Assembly (NCBI GenBank): GCA_043821645.1
Contig: JBDRCO010000108.1
Span: forward strand, 1 to 64,000
Direction of reading: 5' to 3'
DNA length: 64,000 bases
Source of the DNA: Pseudomonadota bacterium
GTDB taxonomy: Bacteria > Myxococcota > JACRCW01 > JAFGSX01
The translations under genes and the position numbers were made by a program. Below are positions 27,801-37,214 of this stretch, piece after piece. Numbering within the stretch: position 1 is the stretch's first letter; each line of letters begins with the position of its first letter. A model generated the notes under the pieces. That model had not been told where the DNA came from, ran no database searches, and worked only from the letters and a program-made list of their open reading frames with translations.

Positions 27801-30800
27801 ACTCGTACATGAGTGCGCCGTCACCGCTGTGGGCCAGCACGTTGACGGTCAGCGAACCGCCCTCGTCGATGGTGGCGCTGTTCAGGGTCACCGCGTCGAT
27901 GATGGGCACCAGGTTGGTGACCGAGATGGTGATCGTGCCGCCATAGACCACGGAGGCGACACCGTCGCTGACGCGAACATGCACGGAGAAGCTACCCTCG
28001 ACGGGGTAGACATGGGTGGCAATGCTAGTCGCCTGGATGGTGTCGTACACGTTGTCGCCATTCCAGTCGAACTCGTAGGTCAGAGCGTCGTTGCCCGCGT
28101 CGGTGGCAAACACCTGCACGGTGACGGCGTTGCCCTCGTCGATGGGCGCGGTGGGGTTGTGCACCACACTGCCAATGACGGGGGCGGCGTTGCCCACCAC
28201 CACCGGAACCGTGACGCTGGCCTGCTCGCCATCACCGTCGGTGACGCGAACAGTCAGGTTGAAGGTGCCATCTGCGGGATACAGGTGGGACGCGCCACCT
28301 GTGCTCTGAACGGTGTCGAACACAGCGTCGCCGTTCCAGTCGAAGGCGTAGGTCAGGGCGCCGTCGCCCCCGGTGCCCACGGCGTTGACAACCAAGGTGT
28401 CACCCTCGGAGATGCCCGCGGGCGTGGCCAGGGTCACGCTCGGCATCAGGTTGGTGACGGTCACGGTCGCCGTGCTGTTCGTCAGGCTGCGGCCGCCATC
28501 GGAGTCAATGGCCACCACCTGCACGGTGAAGGGCGCCACCCTGTTATCGGCGTACACGTGGTTGGCAACGGTGCCAGCCTGCGTGGTTACTGCGCCGTCG
28601 CCCCAGGTGAACTCGTAGCTCAGGGTGTCGCTGCCGACATCACTGGCAGCCACCGTGAGCGTGGCCATCTGCCCCTCGTCTATGGTCTGGGTGGCCGGGG
28701 TCACCGAGGCAATGGTCGGCACCACGTTGGCGACGGTGATGGTGTGGCTGGCCTGGGTCACCGCGCCGTCCTCATCGGTGACACGGACGCCCACGGTGTA
28801 GCTGCCGTTGTTCATGTACGTGTAGCTGGCCGAAGCACCCGCCGCGGGCGAGTAGAGCCCGTTGCCGAGCCAGTCGAAGGCGTAGTTCAAGGCATCCGCA
28901 TCCGTGGCCGTCACGGTCAGGGTGACCTGCTGTCCCTCGTTCGAGGTCGCAGGACCGGAGACGCTGACGTTGGCGGGCGCCACGTTGGTGATGCGCACGG
29001 TGACGCTGGTCATGTCCAGGGCGCCATCGTCATCGGTCACGGTGCAGGTGGCCGTGTAGACGCCGCTCTGCGCGTAGTTGCAGGTGCTGACCAGCTGGCC
29101 GTTGCCGCAGTTATAGGCGTAGGTCAGGGTGTCCGCGCCGGGGTCCGTGGCTGTGGCGGCCAGGACAACAGCCCTGCCTCCCGGCAGCTCGGTGGAAGTC
29201 GCCGGCGTGGCGGTGAACGAGGTGAAGTGCGGCGCCACGTTGTCGACGGTCACCGTGGTGAAGCCGTAGACGCAGCTGTTCGGCAGATCGTCATCGTCGC
29301 AGACGCGGACGCAGACGTTGGTCGAGCCATTGTCCGGGTAGTGGAAGATCGCTACCGCAGACGGGCCACCCGGGGGAGGATTGCCCGCGACCACCTTGTT
29401 CGCGAAGTCCGCCTCGTCGACGCCGCCAACCGCGGGGTTGCACAGGCCACCGTTCTGGAACTCGTGGAACAGGACGTCGGCACCGCGGTTGTCGACCAGC
29501 GCCACCACGGTGGCATCGCTGCCCTCGGTGATGGGGCCGGTGTCGAACACGTCGGTGAGCACCGGCGCCACGTTCACGACCTCGACAGTGAATGTGTACG
29601 GTCCCGCCTGCACGCTGGGGCCGTGAGAGGGCACGTTCCAATCATTGTCACGCACCCAGGCCGTGACCGTGTAGCTGGCCGGCGCCGGGAAGGTGTGCGA
29701 GGCGCGACCGGTCACGTTGGCACCGACCACGCCGGCGACGGTCTCGCCCGTGGTGTCACCCCAGTCAAAGACGAACGAGAGGTGATTGATGTCGTCGACC
29801 GACTCGTCGGTGAAGGTGAACACGAAGCTGGCCGACTGGCCCTCGGAGATCACCACGGTGGAGCCGGCCGCCGGCAGCATCGCGATCTCGGTCGGCGCCA
29901 CGTTGTTGACCATGATGGCGCGGGTGGCCACGGTGCCTCCCGTGCCGTGCTGGTTGGTGTTGTTCCAGCTGTCCTCGTCGCGAACACGAACGGTCACGGT
30001 GTAGGTACCACTGTCGGGATAATGCGCAGTGGCCATTCCAGGAGCCATCACGGTCTTGACGATGTCCAGTCCGCTCACCAGGGCGGCCGGGGACGACAGC
30101 GTGACGAGCTGCGGCGAGCTGCCATCACCCCAGGTCACCTCGAACTGGGAGATGAGGTCCGCGGGGGTTTCCGCGGTGGCGGAGACCGTGATGGTCGGAA
30201 TCGCGAGCTCGTCGTCGCCGTTGTCCAGGACCAGGGCATCGATGGTCATGGCGGGAACGTTGTCCCGAACCGTGACGTTGACCTGGTCATTGCCGCTGAC
30301 GCCATCCTTGTCGGTGACGGTAAGCGTGATGGTCCTGGGGCTGCCCGTCGTGTTGTCGATGTAGTAGCCGCCGTTGGTCACCCATGCTGCGTTGGCACGT
30401 GCGGCATAGGTCGAGGTGCCGCTGAGAGTGGCCGGAGCAGTCTGGGCATCCACACCCGTCCAGGCCCAGGCATACAGCTCGTCGTAGGACAGACCCGGGT
30501 CCGAGAAGTTGCCCTGGAGATTGAAGGGAACGCCCTCGACAACCTCGCGGACAGGATTGTGCTCGGGGTAGGTGACGGTGACAGTCGGAGCCTGGTTTCG
30601 AACGGTCACGTCGATCGTCCTGGTCGGGCTGCACAGCGTGTCCCCCGCCTCGCAGACCCATGCCGAGATGCGGCAGGTCGCCACAAGTCCGCTGCTCACC
30701 AAGCACGCAGCGTTGTCGTTGTAGGTGTGCGCAGGAGTCGTGAACGTGTAGGGCGCTCCAGAACCACCCTGTGGGGTAAAGGTCTGACCCGCGGGCCCTG

Positions 30801-32733
30801 CGAAGGAGCCGTCACCCCACAGCACGTGCAGGGTGTAGGGACCATCCAGGAGAAGCGCGGGGTCGGTGAATTCGACCGTCAGTGCAGAGCTGCCACCCTC
30901 GACGATGTCTGCATTGCTGACGCTGGCAAGCAGGGTCTGGGCAGGGGGCACCTGCTGGCCAGGCCGCACATTGTTGACAGTAACCGTCCGGCGCGCAGCC
31001 TGGAGCGGGTCCCCGGTCTCAACCGAGCTGTCCTCGTCGAAGACCCGCACGCTGACGGTGTAGGTCTTCTGGATGTCGGCATCCAGGAACTGCAGCTCGC
31101 AGCTGTTGGTATCGGGAGCCGGGTTACCAGCCAGGCTGGTGCAGCCACTCACAACCACCACCTCGTTGGAGATGACCTGGGTGTTCGGGGCCACGTTGAC
31201 CGGGATGGGGACGACCGTGCCGCTGTTGTGAATGATGTACCACTGGTAGCTGGTCAGGTCGTCGTAGCCCGGGTTGTCAGCACCGCGCACTGCAGCGGCA
31301 TCAAAGAGCACCGTGTCGCCCTCGTTGACGCTGATCGCGCCCGGGATGGTATTGCCGCCAACAACGGCCGTGAGGCTTGTCACCTCGGGATCCACGTCCA
31401 CGATCTCGAACACCCGGATACCGGAGTTGCCAGCGCCATCGTCATCTGTGGCGGTGATGGCAAGCACGCCGAGATCGCCGCAACAATAAATTTCGTCCTC
31501 ATCCCATATCTTCTGCAGAGCGCGGATGCTGCCGGTCGGGGGATTCGAGGAGGTGAACGCGTCCAAAGCGGGATCGAAATCTGGCCAACTATCCCGTGTG
31601 ATGGTGGAGGTGCCCGTCACGTCGGCGCCGTTTGGCGGAATGCTGCCGTCCCAGGTCCACAGATACTCGATGTCGAGCTGATCGGCGCCGGGCTCGCCGA
31701 TGTCGAGGCTCATCGTGTACGTGCTCCCCTCGATCAACTGGAGCGCTGTGTAGCCGGGAGTGAAATAGTCCTCCATGATCGTCGGGACGGGGTAGCCGGG
31801 TCCCTGCGCATATACATCAAGGGAACCGGGAGACAGATTGGAGATGGGGATACCTGCTGGCGTCAGCCCATTGCTGCCGCCATCCTTGTCGGTCACCGTC
31901 AGGCTTGCAGTGTAAACAGCCGGACCGTCAAGGTAGCGCTTCTGGCGGCTTGTGCAGAGTCCCTGGGAGCGGTCTCCTGGGACGCACAGGGGCATGGCAC
32001 AAAGGGGCTCGTCAGCGCCGTCGTTGCATTGGGGCGCACCGACCCCCACGCCGCCCTGGGTGCAGTCGCAGGTGATGACCGCCTCATGATGCACGGTGCC
32101 CGAGGGAGCAAAGGTCCACACCACGGTCCTGATCTCGCCGGGGGCGAAGCCTGGCTCGAGGATCTTGGCATTGAAGGTGCCCTGTGATCCTTCCGTCGTG
32201 AAGCCGGTGCGAACCAGGCTGCTGACGACGGGCGCCACGTTGAGGACGGGCACGTTGACGTTCACGAAGGTCACGTCGATGATACCGTCACTGGCCAACA
32301 CATTGACGGCATAAGTGGAGTTGTCTGCGTAGGTGTGACGCAGGCCCGCGTTGTTCACCCCGAAACAATTTAGGTCAGAGTTGATAGGGTCGTTGATGTC
32401 GCAGACGACGTTGGGCGTCGCAAGGTCAGGGCACGCGGGTCCAGGACCACTTGCGAAGAGTGGCATTCCGGAGAAGGATGTTCCGTCACCCCACTGCCAA
32501 TCTACAATCGCAACACCGCCGCCGCCCACACAAAGCGTCTCGATGTTGAAGGTCAGTTCCTTGCCCTCGTTGAGCGGAGCCGACACGGGGTCCACTGCGA
32601 CCCCAAGACCGCCGATGGCCTTGTGCTCGAGAGTCGTCGCACCTCCGAGCTCGAGGTCCGCCATGGGCCCACAAGCAGTGCCCAGCACCGCCAGCGCCCC
32701 GAACACCGGGAACAAGTTCCATCTGCGCAACAT
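24883..32733 (-). CDS. Giant (~2600 aa) surface protein: PKD/Ig repeats, He_PIG-like Ig domain, Ca-binding DxDxDG repeat, FN3-like repeats, MYXO-CTERM anchor
   Basis: Repeated Y.FDW.GDG...H.Y...G.Y.V.V.V.D.DG (PKD); KPAGMSINPSTGAISWTP; DSDGDGIADGWE; about five N.AP..P.L..P...TDPDGDAL.Y.F...YWWRA.A.D units; C-terminal GGCGCAS...TM...RRRRR. Confidence 0.9.
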   Translation of the reverse strand: MLRRWNLFPVFGALAVLGTACGPMADLELGGATTLEHKAIGGLGVAVDPVSAPLNEGKELTFNIETLCVGGGGVAIVDWQWGDGTSFSGMPLFASGPGPACPDLATPNVVCDINDPINSDLNCFGVNNAGLRHTYADNSTYAVNVLASDGIIDVTFVNVNVPVLNVAPVVSSLVRTGFTTEGSQGTFNAKILEPGFAPGEIRTVVWTFAPSGTVHHEAVITCDCTQGGVGVGAPQCNDGADEPLCAMPLCVPGDRSQGLCTSRQKRYLDGPAVYTASLTVTDKDGGSNGLTPAGIPISNLSPGSLDVYAQGPGYPVPTIMEDYFTPGYTALQLIEGSTYTMSLDIGEPGADQLDIEYLWTWDGSIPPNGADVTGTSTITRDSWPDFDPALDAFTSSNPPTGSIRALQKIWDEDEIYCCGDLGVLAITATDDDGAGNSGIRVFEIVDVDPEVTSLTAVVGGNTIPGAISVNEGDTVLFDAAAVRGADNPGYDDLTSYQWYIIHNSGTVVPIPVNVAPNTQVISNEVVVVSGCTSLAGNPAPDTNSCELQFLDADIQKTYTVSVRVFDEDSSVETGDPLQAARRTVTVNNVRPGQQVPPAQTLLASVSNADIVEGGSSALTVEFTDPALLLDGPYTLHVLWGDGSFAGPAGQTFTPQGGSGAPYTFTTPAHTYNDNAACLVSSGLVATCRISAWVCEAGDTLCSPTRTIDVTVRNQAPTVTVTYPEHNPVREVVEGVPFNLQGNFSDPGLSYDELYAWAWTGVDAQTAPATLSGTSTYAARANAAWVTNGGYYIDNTTGSPRTITLTVTDKDGVSGNDQVNVTVRDNVPAMTIDALVLDNGDDELAIPTITVSATAETPADLISQFEVTWGDGSSPQLVTLSSPAALVSGLDIVKTVMAPGMATAHYPDSGTYTVTVRVRDEDSWNNTNQHGTGGTVATRAIMVNNVAPTEIAMLPAAGSTVVISEGQSASFVFTFTDESVDDINHLSFVFDWGDTTGETVAGVVGANVTGRASHTFPAPASYTVTAWVRDNDWNVPSHGPSVQAGPYTFTVEVVNVAPVLTDVFDTGPITEGSDATVVALVDNRGADVLFHEFQNGGLCNPAVGGVDEADFANKVVAGNPPPGGPSAVAIFHYPDNGSTNVCVRVCDDDDLPNSCVYGFTTVTVDNVAPHFTSFTATPATSTELPGGRAVVLAATATDPGADTLTYAYNCGNGQLVSTCNYAQSGVYTATCTVTDDDGALDMTSVTVRITNVAPANVSVSGPATSNEGQQVTLTVTATDADALNYAFDWLGNGLYSPAAGASASYTYMNNGSYTVGVRVTDEDGAVTQASHTITVANVVPTIASVTPATQTIDEGQMATLTVAASDVGSDTLSYEFTWGDGAVTTQAGTVANHVYADNRVAPFTVQVVAIDSDGGRSLTNSTATVTVTNLMPSVTLATPAGISEGDTLVVNAVGTGGDGALTYAFDWNGDAVFDTVQSTGGASHLYPADGTFNLTVRVTDGDGEQASVTVPVVVGNAAPVIGSVVHNPTAPIDEGNAVTVQVFATDAGNDALTYEFDWNGDNVYDTIQATSIATHVYPVEGSFSVHVRVSDGVASVVYGGTITISVTNLVPIIDAVTLNSATIDEGGSLTVNVLAHSGDGALMYEFDWNGDGAYETMQPFGMATHVYPMQGTYIVGIKVTDADGTSTEYTGTDPRTVTVNNVAPVITNVTATSPVTAGSSVTVTVTATDIASDTLTYSFDWDNDGTFDVSNGTGIAFHTYDSSGSYTVAVRVSDGDDTDTDSVGITVTDLSVTLVVTAIPATLNEGGSSTVRVAPTGTGPYLISWDWNGDGLYDAGAGDLVDEVLAETTVPLYLERSHTFTNDGQPRVNVRVIDQGAGNAVAASSVTLRVNNVNPTITSTTPPVTATEGVAYVFTVVATDPGTADQAALVYALPVKPAGMSINPSTGAISWTPTYHAAGSNAVSATASDPQGGMATLNWNVAVTVIDSDGDGIADGWEMDKFGNLTTASATTDSDDDGVSDLDEFLRGTDPLVSDYNAPTAPVALSPVEKYVATLQPTLVVSNATDPDGDALEYTFEVFDNENFTGTASFTVTVNEGTGTTTAQVDVDLTDGARYWWRAIANDGVFDGPYSETTWFVVSVANNAPGVPVLLLPVDGASVSTLRPTLELRAVTDPDMDAVTYDLQVYDAESMAANSLIVETTGLVDLYWAVSLDLTEDTTYWWRARALDDQGAASAWSGLYMFTVNTQAPANTAPPAPAIVLPAIDATVATLRPYLEVTSVQDVDGDAVSYAFRVYSDQAMATQVAAITGRGMPTWFVDVDLVDGQQYWWVATASDGMDTSAASNTGHFTVTLPVVVVNTAPSTPVLTAPTQGAVVTDTTPTLTVTNSTDAEGDELSYYFEVAANAGFVGISLQASAAVAEGTDTTAWTPTTALHEDAMFFWRARASDGQLMSDWVVGTFTVNAANGTPSIPVPLSPGVAALLQAAPTHLVAQNAMDPEGDALTYSFEIAADVDGTNVLSASGAIAEGSGSTSWLIEGVTFVPGTTYYWRVQASDGARDSGFSDWVAFTLYKAPVIPAPTPTPPEETGGCGCASNQPVASGSIALLTALVLVLRRRRR

Positions 32734-32905
32734 GCCTACCTCCGACGGTGCTTTGCGTGCACCTCGATGAATGACCGAGAGCTCTAGGCCGGGCAAACCG
32801 CCCCCCATGCAAATGTATGGGCCCTTTCCTAGCGCCGAAGGGACTTGGGATCAAGCGTGGACCGGTTTTTTTCATGAAACTGTCACACGGCCGTAAAGTC
32901 CACAT

Positions 32906-32934
32906 TTGACGGGGTGTTATCGGGTGTCTACAGT
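32906..32934 (+). promoter_or_regulatory. Sigma-70-type promoter of ssrA
   Basis: TTGACG (32906-32911), 17-nt spacer, TACAGT (32929-32934), about 40 nt before the tmRNA 5' end. Confidence 0.75.
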
Positions 32935-32973
32935 GACCTCCGAGCACCGTTTTCAGGGCTCACCGGTCGTCAC

Positions 32974-33335
<362 letters not shown>

Positions 33336-33340
33336 TTGTT

Positions 33341-33388
33341 GAGGGGCGGTCGGCCCGCCCCTCCCCCGCCGGAGTGAATCCGGCGGGG
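33341..33388 (+). terminator. Two adjacent perfect GC-rich hairpins after tmRNA (terminator or processing stem-loops)
   Basis: GAGGGGCGG-TCGGC-CCGCCCCTC (33341-33363) and CCCCGCCGGA-GTGAA-TCCGGCGGGG (33364-33388). No U-tract. Confidence 0.55.
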
Positions 33389-33394
33389 CCCCCA

Positions 33395-33622
33395 CCCTGG
33401 CAGCACTGGTGCTTGCTCGCAGCGTCGAGGTTGGGGCTTCGGCAGACCCCGCCCTGGCAGCACTGGTGCTTGCTCGCAGCGTCGAGGTTGGGGCTTCGGC
33501 AGACCCCGCCCTGGCAGCACTGGTGCTTGCTCGCAGCGTCGAGGTTGGGGGCTTCGGCAGACCTCGCCCTGGCAGCACTGGTGCTTGCTCGCAGCGTCGA
33601 GGTTGGGGGCTTCGACAACCCC
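33395..33622. repeat. Four near-identical 57-58 bp intergenic tandem repeats with internal palindromes
   Basis: Unit CCCTGGCAGCACTGGTGCTTGCTCGCAGCGTCGAGGTTGGGGCTTCGGCAGACCCCG starts at 33395, 33452, 33509 and 33567. Confidence 0.95.
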
Positions 33623-33626
33623 AGAC

Positions 33627-34655
33627 CTAGCCCAGCTTGACCTCAACGACGTCGATGCGCGACAGATCGTCGACGCCGAGGCCTCGCTTGGCGGCCAGGG
33701 CGATGTGGTCGGCAGGACGTCCGGCGGCAGCGACGGTGGTCAGCTTGTTCTTCAGCCGGGTCTGGTCGATGAGGCGTGCACCCACGGCGTCGAGGGCGAC
33801 GGGGTCGAAACCCAGCCACAGCATGCGCGGCGCGAAGAGCTGGTCCTCGCTGCCGGGCACGGGACCGCCATCAAAACAGCCCTCGATTCCGTCGACCACG
33901 TGCAGCACGAAGCGCTGGCGCACGTCGTCGCGGGCGCAGAAGTCGGCGATGAAGGGGCCGATGTCCTCGCGGCCGTGAAAGCGCCTGTTGTTGTCGCAGA
34001 CGCCGTAGGCGATGTTCTTGAGGGTCAGGGTAACGCCGGCCAGACCGTGGTCCTTGAGGATGGCCAGGTTGACGTGCTTGTTGCACTCCGTCGTGAAGAT
34101 GCTGCTCAGGCGCGAGGCCTCGGCCTTGGCATCGAAGCTGGGCACGTAGCGGGCGGTGGCGTCGAACAGCCCGCCGTCGCGGCCGCGTTCCTCGGTGGCC
34201 AGGCATCGCACCCCGGGCCCCTTGGGCTTGAGGTCGTAGTTGCAGCGCTTGAGGTGATCCTCAAAGCGATCCCAGATCACGATGTTGTCGGCCTTGACGC
34301 CGACAGCCTGCAGCTCGGCGGCAAAGGCATCCACCAGGGCATGGTGCGTGTACAGCATCTTCTTGCCGAGGCAGTTGATCTTGAGCCCCACCTTGTCGTC
34401 GGGCGAGAACAACTTCTTGAAGGGATCGGGGCTGCCGGTGAGCTTTTGCAGACCCTGGCGCAGCATGGCGCGCACGACCTTCGGATCGACCTTGCGCTTG
34501 GCGTCCACGGCCCTGCTGTCGTGCACCTGCACCACCGTGCTCCTCATGTCCACCGCCGCCGCCAGGGACGGGCTCGCGCCCAGCACCACGCCAGCACCGA
34601 TGGCAACACAGGTTCCCTGCTCGACGAACTCGCGGCGCGTGATCTTCTGACTCAT
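33627..34655 (-). CDS. Tat-exported DUF362 family protein
   Basis: TRREFV Tat motif; VGLKINC, NLAILKDHGLAGVTLTLKN..YG and DPVALD motifs. Confidence 0.85.
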   Translation of the reverse strand: MSQKITRREFVEQGTCVAIGAGVVLGASPSLAAAVDMRSTVVQVHDSRAVDAKRKVDPKVVRAMLRQGLQKLTGSPDPFKKLFSPDDKVGLKINCLGKKMLYTHHALVDAFAAELQAVGVKADNIVIWDRFEDHLKRCNYDLKPKGPGVRCLATEERGRDGGLFDATARYVPSFDAKAEASRLSSIFTTECNKHVNLAILKDHGLAGVTLTLKNIAYGVCDNNRRFHGREDIGPFIADFCARDDVRQRFVLHVVDGIEGCFDGGPVPGSEDQLFAPRMLWLGFDPVALDAVGARLIDQTRLKNKLTTVAAAGRPADHIALAAKRGLGVDDLSRIDVVEVKLG

Positions 34656-34705
34656 GTGTTCCTCGTCGTGGTTATCGTGGCCGGCCAGGAGCGTGGTGAA
34701 TGTCC

Positions 34706-35458
34706 TCAGCGACCCTCGGGCCGCGGGGGGCCCCCACCACCCCAGCCGCGGCCACCGAATCGCGGGCCTTGCTCCTCGCGCATCTTTTGATACCCGGTGT
34801 ACTGGTCCTCGTCGAGGACCTCCTTGACCGCCTTGTCCGTGGTGGCGCGCAGGGCCTGCATCTGCTCGCGCATGCCGCGAAAGCCAAGCTCGCCCCGACC
34901 CTGCTCGAACAGGCTGCGGATCTGCTCGCGCTCCTGGTCGAGGTGCGCATTGAGCTGGCTGGTCTGCTCCTCGCTCAGGTTGTGATCCTTGGCGAGCTGG
35001 GTCACCTGCTCGCGCGAGCGCTCGGCCCAGCGCTGCCGCCGCTCTTCGAAGTGCTCCTCATGCAGGCGCCTCTGCTCCTCGGCCACCACGTCCTTGATGC
35101 GCTCGCGCACCTCGGGGTTGTCCGAATCCAGGGCATCGAGCAGCACGCTCTCGGGATCGACGCCCTCGGCATTGTCACCTGTCGGCGCGTGCCTTGCGGT
35201 TTTGGGCAGGGCTCCCTGCCCCAGCTCGCGCCTGGCCATGCGCGTCTGTAACTGAGCCATTCGCGATTCCAGCGCCTGCACGCGCTGCAAGCAGCTCCCC
35301 TCACCCGGGAGCACGGTGTCGCCCTCGTCGGACGCCGCCGGTGCGCCTCCCTGCACCTGCAGCTCGAGCTGGTGAATGCGCCGGGCTTGCAGCCCCACTG
35401 TGGCCAGGGCCGCGGTGGCAGCGAGCAGGGCACAGATGGCGAGGATGGTGTTTTTCAT
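34706..35458 (-). CDS. Hypothetical exported helical protein (Spy/CpxP-like C-terminal region)
   Basis: Signal/TM segment, coiled coil, LSEEQ...L.EDQY..Y pattern, Gly/Arg/Pro tail. Confidence 0.6.
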   Translation of the reverse strand: MKNTILAICALLAATAALATVGLQARRIHQLELQVQGGAPAASDEGDTVLPGEGSCLQRVQALESRMAQLQTRMARRELGQGALPKTARHAPTGDNAEGVDPESVLLDALDSDNPEVRERIKDVVAEEQRRLHEEHFEERRQRWAERSREQVTQLAKDHNLSEEQTSQLNAHLDQEREQIRSLFEQGRGELGFRGMREQMQALRATTDKAVKEVLDEDQYTGYQKMREEQGPRFGGRGWGGGGPPRPEGR

Positions 35459-35612
35459 GTTTCACCTGGAGACCACCCCAGGGTGGCTCGTGGCATGACT
35501 TTGGCCCGCGACGACGAGGATCGCAAGCCAGGCGGGTCGCTGCGAGTTGCCCATGGCCCAGGCACGCCCCCCGAAGCGCGACAGAGAGCTCTGCCTGCGC
35601 TATCCTGGGTGT

Positions 35613-36020
35613 ATGAACCCCACACCCGATGCGAGCCCGCCCATGACGCCCGAGCGCTTCTTTGGCGTGGCCCTGCCCCAGATCGCCGCGCGCCAGGCCG
35701 GGGTGTTTCGCGCCCTGCGTGGCCGCATCGTCTTCGCCATCGCCGACCACGGCGCCTGGACTGTGCAGCTGGGCAACAGCTCCCAGCCCGTGCGCGAAGG
35801 CGCGAGCGATGCGGTCGATCTGTCGCTGTTCCTGACCGCCGAGGCCTTTGACCGCCTCATCCAGAACTCCCTCGACCTGGAACAGGCTATCGAGCGCAAG
35901 GCCGTGGGCTATGAGGGCGACCTGGGTTTGCTCGAAAAGCTGGGTTACTTGCTGGCCTCGGGCACCAACGCCGATGGCGTGCAGGTGGACCAGGTGTCGA
36001 TCGGCATGAAGCGGGTCTAG
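35613..36020 (+). CDS. SCP2 sterol/lipid-binding domain protein
   Basis: G.WTV.L.....V.EG.....DL.L......F..L....LD...A.....V...GDL.LL.KL fold pattern. Confidence 0.7.
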   Translation: MNPTPDASPPMTPERFFGVALPQIAARQAGVFRALRGRIVFAIADHGAWTVQLGNSSQPVREGASDAVDLSLFLTAEAFDRLIQNSLDLEQAIERKAVGYEGDLGLLEKLGYLLASGTNADGVQVDQVSIGMKRV

Positions 36021-36049
36021 AACGCGTCGCAGGGGCGCACGAGGACGAC

Positions 36050-37063
36050 GTGGAACTAAAAAGCGGAACAACCCTGGAGCAGGCTGCAGCGCGGGTCCGT
36101 CAGCACCTGACCCAGGCCGCGGGTACAGACGGATCGCTGAGCAGCGAGGAGCTTGCCGCCAAGCTTGATGAACTTGCGCCCAGCGAGCGCAGCGCGGTCG
36201 ACGCCTTTTACAGCGGCGTCAAGAACAAGCTCGGCGCCACCGGCCAGATCTCTCTGGACGCCATCAACCAGGCCATCGACACCACCCAGGGCGAATTGCA
36301 GCAGCTTGCAGGTGGAGCCGACAAGCTCTCGCAGGCCGAGCTCGGGTCGCTGTCGCAGACCGGCAACGCCATGGTGGGCCTGGCGCGCAAGCTGCGTGGG
36401 GAGCCTGGGGCCAAGCTCGACCCCATCCCACGCGACAAGCTGGCCGGGCTCGAGGGCGAGCCCCTGCGCGACGCCATCCGCCAGAACAGCGCCCGCCACG
36501 TCGAGCTGGGCTACACCGAGGCGCGCCAGGTCATGTTCGGTGCCGTCGACAACAAGCAGGGTCAGGTTTTTGACGTGTACGCGGGCCGCACTATCCAGAC
36601 CCAGGGCATTCCCGAGGCGGGTGGACCGGGCGGCGTCAATACCGAGCACACGCGTCCCAAGTCCACAGGCGTCAAGGACACCGCTGCCGTGAGCGATCTG
36701 CACCACCTGTTCCCGACGGACACCGAGGCCAATGCCCGGCGCTCGAGCCTGCCCTTCGGCGAGGTGGAAACCGTCAAGTGGAGCAAGGGCGAGAGCAAGC
36801 TCGGTCTCGACAAGAACGGCCAGCTGGTGTTCGAGCCACCCGAGGCGCACAAGGGCAACGTGGCGCGCTCGCAGTTCTACGTGTCGACGGTGTACGGGCT
36901 GAAGGTCCCGGACGCCGAGGAGGCCGTGCTGCGGCAGTGGAACAAGCTGGATCCCGTGGACAGCGCCGAGCGCCAGCGCAACGACGCCATCTCCGCCTAC
37001 CAGGAGAATCGCAACGCCTTCGTCGACGATCCCGAGCTGGCGGATCGCATCAAGGATTTCTGA
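36050..37063 (+). CDS. Endonuclease I (Bsn/EndA-like His-Me nuclease) with an N-terminal helical domain and no signal peptide
   Basis: NTEHT.PKS, SDLHHLFPTD..AN.RRS.LPFG, FEPP..HKGNVAR..FY and W...DPVD..E..RN..I...Q.NRN.FVD.PE motifs. Confidence 0.9.
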   Translation: MELKSGTTLEQAAARVRQHLTQAAGTDGSLSSEELAAKLDELAPSERSAVDAFYSGVKNKLGATGQISLDAINQAIDTTQGELQQLAGGADKLSQAELGSLSQTGNAMVGLARKLRGEPGAKLDPIPRDKLAGLEGEPLRDAIRQNSARHVELGYTEARQVMFGAVDNKQGQVFDVYAGRTIQTQGIPEAGGPGGVNTEHTRPKSTGVKDTAAVSDLHHLFPTDTEANARRSSLPFGEVETVKWSKGESKLGLDKNGQLVFEPPEAHKGNVARSQFYVSTVYGLKVPDAEEAVLRQWNKLDPVDSAERQRNDAISAYQENRNAFVDDPELADRIKDF

Positions 37064-37214
37064 AGCGCACCTGACGATCGCCTTCCCGTCCCACCCCGCC
37101 GACGCGCCTGCCAGAGCACTCTTCCTCGCTATGTAGCTGACGGACCGCTTGGTTCGGGCCACGGGCGGAACGGGAGCGCTTCTCGGAAGGCTGTGTGCGC
37201 AGGAGGTGAACACC

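Noticed and set aside
25273-32187. 2304-aa ORF on the plus strand
   Set aside because: Antisense shadow of the giant PKD gene; GC-rich codon bias removes stops, and the translation has no recognisable motifs.
33395-33622. CRISPR array
   Set aside because: The units are contiguous and nearly identical with no unique spacers, and there are no cas genes in the window.
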